Below, piece after piece: positions 38,961 to 46,909 of a stretch of DNA of 64,000 nucleotides; position 1 is the first letter of the stretch; every line of letters starts with the position of its first letter. Both the position numbers and the translations under genes were made by a program. This stretch comes from Bacteroidota bacterium. GTDB lineage: Bacteria; Bacteroidota; Ignavibacteria; Kryptoniales; JAKASW01. Location of the stretch: positions 919-64,918 of the forward strand of contig JAJZVO010000019.1 of assembly GCA_021845665.1 (NCBI GenBank). Direction: 5' to 3'. The notes beneath the pieces are model-generated. The model was not told the origin of the DNA. It saw only the letters and a program-made list of their open reading frames with translations, and made no database searches.

Positions 38961-39867
38961 CCAGATATTCTCGCTCGCGTTCCTCGCGCAGACAATCAGG
39001 ATTACTGTACCCTATTCTCTCGCATCGCTGGGCGGCGTGTACAGCGAGCGAGGCGGAGTAGTGAACATCGCACTCGAAGGGATCATTCTCAATGGTGCAT
39101 TCTGCGCGACGGTGGGAACATATTATACCGGCAGTCCATGGTTCGGGCTTCTGTGTGGGATCGCGGGCGGACTTCTTGTCGCGGCAATACATGCCGCGAT
39201 ATCGATTCACGTCAAGGCGGACCAGATAATTTCCGGGATCGCGCTGAACCTATTCGCCGTCGGGATAACGAAGTTTGTCCTCGAAATACTCTTCCAGAGC
39301 TCGAGTAATTCTCCGAGGATCGCCGGGCTTCCCTATATCAAACTTGGATTCATCAAGGACCAACCGGACGTTGCCCATCTGCTCGGAAACCCACTCGTTC
39401 TCCTCACAGTTTTGATAGTGGTCGCGAGTCATTTCATAATCTTCAAAACCCGGTTCGGGTTGCGGCTCCGGTCCGTAGGTGAAAATCCGGAGGCGGCCGA
39501 TACCGTCGGCATCAATGTGACATCGTACCGCTATTACGGTGTTCTGATAAGCGGTGTGCTTGCCGGACTCGCCGGGGCATGGCTGGCATTCGACCAGCAT
39601 TCGTTCACGGACGGGATGTCCGCAGGCCGCGGATACATTGCCCTTGCCGCCATGATTGTCGGAAAGTGGAATCCGCTCGGTGCTGCGGCAGCCTGCCTTC
39701 TTTTCGGTTTCGCGGAAAGCCTTCAGATACAATTACAGGGAGGCACGCTTCCTACGCAATTCATACAGATGATCCCTTACCTTGCGACCATAGTGGTGCT
39801 TGCGGGATTCATTGGTAAATCGGTTGCCCCGGGTGCCGACGGAATCCCTTATGAGAAAGAAAAATAG
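38953..39867 (+). CDS. Nucleoside ABC permease 2
   Basis: SERGGVVNIALEG, GLRLRSVGENPEAADTVGI, GRGYIALAAMIVGKW. Confidence 0.92.
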   Translation: MISQIFSLAFLAQTIRITVPYSLASLGGVYSERGGVVNIALEGIILNGAFCATVGTYYTGSPWFGLLCGIAGGLLVAAIHAAISIHVKADQIISGIALNLFAVGITKFVLEILFQSSSNSPRIAGLPYIKLGFIKDQPDVAHLLGNPLVLLTVLIVVASHFIIFKTRFGLRLRSVGENPEAADTVGINVTSYRYYGVLISGVLAGLAGAWLAFDQHSFTDGMSAGRGYIALAAMIVGKWNPLGAAAACLLFGFAESLQIQLQGGTLPTQFIQMIPYLATIVVLAGFIGKSVAPGADGIPYEKEK

Positions 39868-39876
39868 TCAGCCCCA

Positions 39877-40701
39877 ATGGAGATGAAAATCGACAGGAGC
39901 ATCGAAATACCGTTTGAGGAGTCCATCGGGTATCTCCGCGAGAATTTCGCGGGAAAAGCCCATGAGATCGCGGTCGTGCTCGGGAGCGGGCTTGGAGGCT
40001 TCACAAGACACCTTGACGAAAAGGAAAGTCTTTCCACTACAGACATTCCAGGCTATCCTCGTTCCACGGTGATCGGACATAGCGGACGGATCATGAGTGC
40101 CCGAGTGGCGGGTAGAAGAGTTCTCGTCTTCAGCGGAAGGGTTCATTACTATGAGTCTGCGTCCACGCTTCATGCAGCCGTCACTGCGATCGTTTCCCAT
40201 TTCCTGGGCATCAAGGTGATCGTCCTGACAAATGCGGCGGGAATATTAAATGAGACTTTCTATCCTGGTGATCTGATGCTGGTCAAGGACCAGCTTAATC
40301 TAACATCCAGAAACGTTCTGGCAGATCTGCACTTCCCTGTCGGAAACGTGAATCCTATTTACAGCGAGCCAATGGCCGGCCTAATGTACGAAGCGTCTGA
40401 AAGGGCCGGGGTAAACCTTAAGGGCGGGACTTATGTTGGGCTGACGGGGCCTTCCTATGAAACTCCTGCCGAGGTAAGGATGTACCGGGCGCTCGGCGGA
40501 GACGCGGTTGGAATGTCAACCGTACATGAAGCACTGTACGCACGCGCGGCGGGCATGGATGTCGTGGGTATAAGTTGTCTGACTAACTACAGTACTGGTA
40601 TTACATCGGGAAAGCTCTCGCACGCCGAGGTGACGGAAATCGGAGCGCGAGTCGATACGAAGTTCTCAGGATTGCTGACCGCTTTCATAGGCTCGCTCTG
40701 A
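39877..40701 (+). CDS. Purine nucleoside phosphorylase (trimeric PNP I type)
   Basis: VLGSGLG, GRVHYYE, TNAAG, GPSYETPAE, VGMSTVHE, LSHAEV. Confidence 0.92.
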   Translation: MEMKIDRSIEIPFEESIGYLRENFAGKAHEIAVVLGSGLGGFTRHLDEKESLSTTDIPGYPRSTVIGHSGRIMSARVAGRRVLVFSGRVHYYESASTLHAAVTAIVSHFLGIKVIVLTNAAGILNETFYPGDLMLVKDQLNLTSRNVLADLHFPVGNVNPIYSEPMAGLMYEASERAGVNLKGGTYVGLTGPSYETPAEVRMYRALGGDAVGMSTVHEALYARAAGMDVVGISCLTNYSTGITSGKLSHAEVTEIGARVDTKFSGLLTAFIGSL

Positions 40702-40939
40702 TTCACACCGATTATTACCGGGAAAGCTCCTCTTGATTTTCTCCGCCGGTCCTGCCTAACATACGGATCGGGTCTCACTTCATAGCTTGACTAACTCGAA
40801 ATAGAATTGCCCATCAGAGTCGGTGTGCAATTTGCGATGGCAGGCCTTATAAACCCACTTAAGAAAATGGCGGAAGAGAAAGTAAGACCAAATTACTCCC
40901 CACACTTCCGCCAGCGAGAAAAGAATTTGCTACCTACTA

Positions 40940-41422
40940 CTACTTCTTCGGAGCCTTTGTCCGCAAGAACTCCAGTATAGCACGTGCTTGCTCCTTCGTC
41001 ACGCCCGGAACGATCATCGGGACATGATATTTATCGAGGAGCGCTTTCGCCACCGGGTCTTTTGATTCCATCACTGTGCTGTTCAGTATCATGTTCATTA
41101 TGAATTCGGGTGAATAATCCCGAGTAGAGTATTCGAGTGGCGGACCGACCAACCTGGAATCAAGCTGATGACAGGACATACATTTTTCTTCGAATTGTGA
41201 CTTCCCCTTTTCAGCAAGCTTCTTGTCGATTGGACCAAGGGTCACAGATTTTATCGGACCTATTCCCTTGTCCTGTTTGGTATCAACCGCCGTCTTGTCA
41301 GCTCCTTTCGCTTTTTGAGAATTTTGGGCTGCGGCAAGATTTGAGGGATTAGTACAGACAGCAACTCCTATCGACAGAACAAACGCAAGAAGCGCGAGTC
41401 GTTTCATCTGGTCATTCTCCAA
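40940..41422 (-). CDS. Periplasmic monoheme cytochrome c
   Basis: Signal peptide, CMSCH, VGPPL, FIMNMILN, axial Met in VPM. Confidence 0.9.
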   Translation of the reverse strand: MENDQMKRLALLAFVLSIGVAVCTNPSNLAAAQNSQKAKGADKTAVDTKQDKGIGPIKSVTLGPIDKKLAEKGKSQFEEKCMSCHQLDSRLVGPPLEYSTRDYSPEFIMNMILNSTVMESKDPVAKALLDKYHVPMIVPGVTKEQARAILEFLRTKAPKK

Positions 41423-41632
41423 TTTAATATTACATTAGGCAGCGTCTATGACTTCTTCCAAACTTCACGCACTTGTGATCTTAGTCCGAAAATCACACAA
41501 GACGCTGCACCTGCCGCCGGGAAATCGAGATGGTGACTCGACTGTCGGAGGCATTGGTTTACAAATATAAACATTTAGTGAATTTTGTTCACGACAAGGT
41601 ATGATTCCTGTTCGCATCCCGCTTCAACGAAG

Positions 41633-41663
41633 CGGCCGGGATCTTTTTCAAAGACCCCGGCCG
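41633..41663 (-). terminator. 14-bp GC-rich hairpin 44 nt downstream of cyc2 (no U-tract)
   Basis: CGGCCGGGGTCTTT-GAA-AAAGATCCCGGCCG on minus strand. Confidence 0.45.
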
Positions 41664-41706
41664 TCGGTACATTTTCAGTGGGTTTGAATACTTTCGCTGG
41701 TACAGC

Positions 41707-43083
41707 TTAGAGAACGATCCAGGTCGAGATATACAGCGTATTGTTGTTGGCGGCGCTTCTCCCAAACCCGTCATAATTCGTGCTGCCGCCGTTGAACTTG
41801 GTGTATAGCACATACTGAATGCCGAGTCTCGTATTTTGCCACGGGTTGAAATCGAATTCTGCCATGACGCCGCTGCTGTTCGGGCTGCCGGTAAGGCTCC
41901 CGTCCACGGAGGAGGGTGCATAAAGGCTTCCGTCAGCTGAACCATACGTGTTGAAGTACTGCGCCATAACCGCAAGACCGTTACAGAACATGTAGGAACC
42001 GTCAATCCGGAATGTGTTCAGGTTGTTAGTCGGGTTAGCAGATCCTCCCGCGGCGAAAGTGGCCTTCAGATCCTGATTCTCATGAATCCATGTGGAGTGG
42101 AACACAAGTTCATTTTGGCCGATTGAATGCTCGACCTGGAAATCGAAGGCGATATCAGTGTAATTATCCGTCGCGCCACTTATTCCACTCGGATAGATGT
42201 TCGTCGACAATCCGTACGTTCCAATTTCAACGTATGTATTAGAGAATTGTCTTTGAAGAGCGACTCTCCAATAGGGTGTTACTCCGCTTATCGTAAAGTT
42301 TGCGTGAGAATCCGGAGGAAAAGGGCCGCCCTGGGGTGTAGATTTGTATCCGGAGAGGTCGGCATAAATAAGATTATCGTACATAGCGAAAGCGCCGAGT
42401 CCGGCGACGTTTCCTCCGAAGGCGCCGTCGACGAGTGTGCTTGCGCCGGGAGTGGGTGCGCTGCTCGAGGAAGCGTACGGATAACCCCAGGCAGGAGTGC
42501 TGTTCCAGAGATCCTCGACTGTCGGATTATTGTTGAGCGTGAGTCCATATGTGATCGGATGATCTGCGATGAGTCCCTGGTTCGAGTACCGGATATCGGT
42601 ATTGTCCCAGCCGAAGGCTGCGCCTTGGTCGTCATAAGTAATCTGGGTGAAGGCTCCGATGTGAGGAGTGATTTCACCGCCGAGGAAGAGGCTGAGCTGC
42701 TGAGGGAATTCCATATTGCCGGTCTTCGTTCCTGGAACCGGTTTCGCGACATCATTGTAAGATGCCTGCACCATTGCTGAAAGAAGGAAGTTCCTGAGAA
42801 GTTTCAGTGCTCCCTGGTCCCCCTTTGCCTTCGCATCTATAGTCTGGCGTCCCACCATCGTATAGCCGTTCAGTTTGAAACTTCTTCCGAAGGGGGTCAG
42901 TTCCGGGAAGGAATAGTGGCATGAACTGCAGGCAAGCCCGGTCTGGCGGGCATAACTTGGTATGGCGTACGCGTTTCCACTCAATACAACGAGAGTCAAG
43001 GCCCCCACTATCAGAAGGGCCGTTTTTCTTCCGAAAAATTGAAACATTGAATTGGTCCTTGAATTTGTTGAAACACTAATCAT
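41707..43083 (-). CDS. cyc2: Cyc2-type outer-membrane monoheme cytochrome c / beta-barrel porin fusion (putative Fe(II) oxidase)
   Basis: Signal peptide ending AYA, then IPSYARQTGLACSSCH...PELTPFGRSFKLNGY; FPQQLSLFLGGEITPHIG, NNNPTVEDLWNSTPAW, PWQNTRLGIQYVLYTKFNG; beta-strand-rich body; strong AGGAGG SD. Confidence 0.9.
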   Translation of the reverse strand: MISVSTNSRTNSMFQFFGRKTALLIVGALTLVVLSGNAYAIPSYARQTGLACSSCHYSFPELTPFGRSFKLNGYTMVGRQTIDAKAKGDQGALKLLRNFLLSAMVQASYNDVAKPVPGTKTGNMEFPQQLSLFLGGEITPHIGAFTQITYDDQGAAFGWDNTDIRYSNQGLIADHPITYGLTLNNNPTVEDLWNSTPAWGYPYASSSSAPTPGASTLVDGAFGGNVAGLGAFAMYDNLIYADLSGYKSTPQGGPFPPDSHANFTISGVTPYWRVALQRQFSNTYVEIGTYGLSTNIYPSGISGATDNYTDIAFDFQVEHSIGQNELVFHSTWIHENQDLKATFAAGGSANPTNNLNTFRIDGSYMFCNGLAVMAQYFNTYGSADGSLYAPSSVDGSLTGSPNSSGVMAEFDFNPWQNTRLGIQYVLYTKFNGGSTNYDGFGRSAANNNTLYISTWIVL

Positions 43084-43229
43084 TGGTTCTCCTCCTGCTT
43101 AGTTTTATCTCATCAAGATTAACGTCAGCATTCGTCGACATCATGAAGACATGGTTGGAATTAGCAAATTACCAGCTCAAAGAAAGGCCCGCATGATTCC
43201 ATGTCACCTTCCGATGCCGCCCTAAGATA

Positions 43230-43245
43230 ATCAATAGCTGTGCCA
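43230..43245 (-). promoter_or_regulatory. Sigma54-like -24/-12 motif upstream of cyc2 (TGGCAC-N5-TTGAT)
   Basis: Correct spacing but -12 GC replaced by GA. Confidence 0.3.
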
Positions 43246-43270
43246 TAGAAAGCACCCAAACTGATATGAA

Positions 43271-43299
43271 ATAGTACAAAATCCTCACGGGAGAGTCAA
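43271..43299 (-). promoter_or_regulatory. Putative sigma70 promoter for cyc2 (TTGACT-N17-TACTAT)
   Basis: Near-consensus hexamers with 17-nt spacer; implies ~180-nt leader. Confidence 0.55.
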
Positions 43300-44100
43300 G
43301 ACTTCGGGGCAAACGCGACTAATTGCCCCTACTGAATGTCTAAGACAATTACACACTTGGGAGATGCGAATAACGAATGACAGAAAGGGAAAGAACCGTT
43401 CAGTTGTGCTCCCTCAAGAAAGAGGAGCTATGGAATTGGGATTTACGCATCGGATCATTCGAATGGGCTGTGGTTCAGTTCCATTCATCCGGAAGGACTT
43501 GGTACTCGCTTTTGCTTCAAACAGAAGTATCTCATCTGAAAGCTACACAATATTGGGTCGATTAGAGATGTTTTGGATTATTTTGACACAGCAAGGTGTT
43601 GTTTAATTCGCCCTAAATGATTAAATAGGGATGTGAGGAGTGAAACCGTCTGAGAGGAACCCAGGGTAGAAGAAAGATAGGCTCGGAGCAAGAGAGGTGT
43701 CATGAAGTGCCTCTTTATGAAAACGACGCGAGCTTGCTTGCACTACCAACATTGAATGAAACGGTCCCCCCCGCGTGCTTCATCACGACCGACAGTGTAA
43801 GTTCTGTTTGAACTTCTTGTCCTTTTAAATCCCAATCAAAGATCCTGAAGAAGCGCTGACGAGTTGCCAGAGCCATTGAAATGTTTGATTTGCACATAGA
43901 AGCAGAACAAAGGTACTGGAAAGCCTGCGCACCTTCGTCCTCTACCCGACGAGCCCCGCATTTAGCGATCTCAAGAGATAGAGTACACACCGGATCATTA
44001 ACATAGATAACGAACCAACCTGCAACCGCCATGATTGCTGACGAGATGCACGAATCGGGCGGTAGCAATTGAAGTCTGAAACAAATCCTAAGGAAGGGTT

Positions 44101-44637
44101 ATGGAAAACTCAGAAGAACCCAAAATCCCGGAACAGCACGACCCATCCCGCAGGTCTTTTCTCAAGATCGGGACGGGGGTCATCGGAGGATTTGCGACGC
44201 TCATCCTCGCAGTTCCATTTTTGGACGCTCTCTTAAGTCAATCTTTGCGAATAAAGATTGGAAAGTTTGTAAATGCAGGTCCCGTTTCTTCAATCTCCGG
44301 CAATAATCCTCAGAAGGTCTTCTTCGACGAGCGCGACCGGGATGCATATATTGAAGAGGTAGAAAGGCGGGACGTATGGGCACTCAAGCACGGCGAAAAC
44401 AACGTTACCGTGTTCTCACCGATTTGTCCCCATCTGGGATGCCGCTACAACTGGCACCCCGAACGCGATGAATTCATCTGCCCTTGTCACGGCAGTGTTT
44501 TCGCCAAGGACGGAAAGGTTCTCCACGGTCCGGCCCCACGCTCACTGGACACTCTCCCGACAAAAATTGAGAACGGCGAATTGTACGTTAAGTGGGAACG
44601 TTTCAAGCTCGGTGTTCCTAAGAAGATAGTGGTATAG
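44101..44637 (+). CDS. Rieske 2Fe-2S protein of complex 2 (QcrA-like)
   Basis: Tat SRRSFLK, CPHLGC and CPCHGS boxes, GPAPRSLD. Confidence 0.93.
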   Translation: MENSEEPKIPEQHDPSRRSFLKIGTGVIGGFATLILAVPFLDALLSQSLRIKIGKFVNAGPVSSISGNNPQKVFFDERDRDAYIEEVERRDVWALKHGENNVTVFSPICPHLGCRYNWHPERDEFICPCHGSVFAKDGKVLHGPAPRSLDTLPTKIENGELYVKWERFKLGVPKKIVV

Positions 44638-44651
44638 GAGGAGAACTGCAG

Positions 44652-46682
44652 ATGCTATCAAATATTCAAGAGTGGATCAACGATCGGTGGCCTGTGAAAG
44701 AAGTGTGGAAGGCCGCCACCGAGGAGGAAATTCCCGGGGGTTCCAGCTACGCATATGTTTTTGGAAGTGCCACACTATTTCTGTTCTTGCTCCAGATTGT
44801 CACAGGCGTCTGGCAAATTTTTTACTACGTTCCAACGACTGACCATGCATATCAGTCGCTTTCGTATCTGAGGATATCAGTCCCGTTCGGGTGGCTGATA
44901 CACGGTCTTCACTACTGGGGAGCAACGGTGATGGTTATTCTCGTTGCCGTTCATCTTTCGCGAGTGTACATCTGGGGAGGTTACAAGAAGCCAAGAGAGC
45001 TCACCTGGCTCCTCGGTGTGTTTCTGTTGCTCTTCACGATGGCGATGAGCTTCACGGGAGCAGCCCTTCCCTGGGATGAGACTGGCTACTGGGCCTCAGA
45101 GGTAGGTACGAGCATAGCAGGTACGACTCCGATGCTCGGGAATATAGCCGAGAGCCTTTTACGCGGCGGTGCGAAAATGGGACAGCTTACATTGTCGCGA
45201 TTCTTCATCCTGCACGTCGCAATAATCCCGGCGATTCTTCTCGCATTCATTGCGCTTCATCTCGTAGCCTTTCGAAAGAAAGGGAGCGTGGGACCATGGG
45301 AGGAGTCGAAACGGAAGCGCAGCGGATCGTTCTGGCCCGATCAGGTCTTCAAGGACGCCTTCTTTTTCACGATAATACTGCTTGCTTTGATCGCGCTGGC
45401 GGCATTCCTTGCACCGCCATTCTCCGGACCAGCCGACCCGATCGACACGACTTTCCAGCCCAAGCCTGAGTGGAACTTCCTGTTTCTCTACCAGGCGATA
45501 AAGGCATTCCAAGGTCCGTGGGAGCCTGTCGGCACAATTGGTATCCCGACGGTTCTTTTCGCGTTCCTCTTCTTGCTTCCGTTCTTCGACAAGAATCCCG
45601 AGCGCAGTCCCCGAAAACGACCTATCGCAATGTTGATTGGATTGGTCATCGCCGGCGGAATAACGACGCTGACCATATCCGGGTACTATAGCCACCCGGG
45701 TGCTAAGCAGAATGGCGCGACGGTAGCGGCAGCGTCATCAAAGCCTGGAAAGACAGCAAGCGTCGAGACCGTCGTAGCGAAACAGCCCGAACTTCCCCCG
45801 CTCTCTCCAGCTCAAAAGGCAGGAGCTGAAAAGGGAGCAAAAGTTTTCGCGACGATGGGATGCACAGCCTGCCACACCGTTAACGGTGTCGGCGGACATG
45901 TAGGGCCCGATCTATCCGGAGAAGGTCTGAAAGCCCACTCGATTGCATGGCTGATGGCCCAGATTCGCAATCCGAAATCTCATGATCCGAAGACGGTTAT
46001 GCCGCCATTCACGATGCTGAGTAACGTCCAGGTCGGCGAACTCGTGGATTATTTGACCAGCCTTCGTAGCAAGCCAGTACCGGCAGCCGCTCCTTCCACG
46101 TCCGTTGCTGCTAAGACACCACAGGCACGGCCCGCAAACGTCAGGGTCGTTCAGCTGCCGTCAGATGTAGGCGAGCCTGGGCTTGCGGCCAGCATGATCG
46201 GCAACGTCGAGCATGGTAAGAAATTGTTCGATGCGAACTGCGCAAGCTGTCACGGTGTTGAAGGAAAAGGTGGAGTACCCAATCCCGGTTCTTATCTAGG
46301 AACGGTCCCCGCACTTAATCCTGTGAGACCTGAGTTGTTCAGTAAAGATCCGGCAGTATTCGCGGACAATCTGGACCGTTTTATCGAAAATGGCGCGGCA
46401 CCCCCTGGACCGAGTCCGCAGAAGGCTATGGCCCCCATGAGCATGGTGGGCTACGGCAAGACTCAGTCTCTTACCCAGCAGGAGATATCGAACATAATTG
46501 CATACGTAATGAGTCTTAACGGCGTCAACAGGGCCAAGATTCTGCACCCCGGGATTGCCCCGAAAACATTTTTCTTTCTGGCTTTAGGAATATTCATTGT
46601 ACTTTGGCTTATCCTCGGCACCTTGCGATTAGTTTCCTCGCAAGGAAAGACCGATACGTCGGCCGACTCCGAGAAGAAATAG
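44652..46682 (+). CDS. Cytochrome b + subunit IV + diheme cytochrome c fusion
   Basis: GWLIHGLHYWGA..VH, RFFILH-x14-H, PKPEWNFL, CTACH and CASCH, Ala/Pro/Lys linkers, C-terminal TM anchor. Confidence 0.92.
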   Translation: MLSNIQEWINDRWPVKEVWKAATEEEIPGGSSYAYVFGSATLFLFLLQIVTGVWQIFYYVPTTDHAYQSLSYLRISVPFGWLIHGLHYWGATVMVILVAVHLSRVYIWGGYKKPRELTWLLGVFLLLFTMAMSFTGAALPWDETGYWASEVGTSIAGTTPMLGNIAESLLRGGAKMGQLTLSRFFILHVAIIPAILLAFIALHLVAFRKKGSVGPWEESKRKRSGSFWPDQVFKDAFFFTIILLALIALAAFLAPPFSGPADPIDTTFQPKPEWNFLFLYQAIKAFQGPWEPVGTIGIPTVLFAFLFLLPFFDKNPERSPRKRPIAMLIGLVIAGGITTLTISGYYSHPGAKQNGATVAAASSKPGKTASVETVVAKQPELPPLSPAQKAGAEKGAKVFATMGCTACHTVNGVGGHVGPDLSGEGLKAHSIAWLMAQIRNPKSHDPKTVMPPFTMLSNVQVGELVDYLTSLRSKPVPAAAPSTSVAAKTPQARPANVRVVQLPSDVGEPGLAASMIGNVEHGKKLFDANCASCHGVEGKGGVPNPGSYLGTVPALNPVRPELFSKDPAVFADNLDRFIENGAAPPGPSPQKAMAPMSMVGYGKTQSLTQQEISNIIAYVMSLNGVNRAKILHPGIAPKTFFFLALGIFIVLWLILGTLRLVSSQGKTDTSADSEKK

Positions 46683-46705
46683 TCCTTTCTTCAATCCCCG
46701 CGAAC

Positions 46706-46736
46706 TCACATGCCTGGTTGACAGCCAGGCATGTGA
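46706..46736. terminator. Perfect 12-bp inverted repeat between convergent respiratory genes
   Basis: TCACATGCCTGG-TTGACAG-CCAGGCATGTGA; no U-tract. Confidence 0.45.
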
Positions 46737-46909
46737 CAGCGAGGAACACTCCCGATACTCTTCCTTCCCTAGATCAGACCCGATAACAACTATCCAAAGG
46801 GTTTTACGCTGTTGACTGCCGTCCGATTTATCGGATGGCTGCTTTTGATACAGCCTCCAGCGATTGTCGGCGACATCGCTGCCCTTTTTCAACTCCAGCC
46901 AAAGCTGAC

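Noticed and set aside
40930-40942. Three tandem in-frame TAG codons after the cytochrome c gene
   Set aside because: No evidence of recoding or readthrough; likely a short CTA repeat of no consequence
43364-44068. Short ORFs in the cyc2-Rieske intergenic region (62-117 aa)
   Set aside because: No SD, heme motif, signal peptide or family similarity
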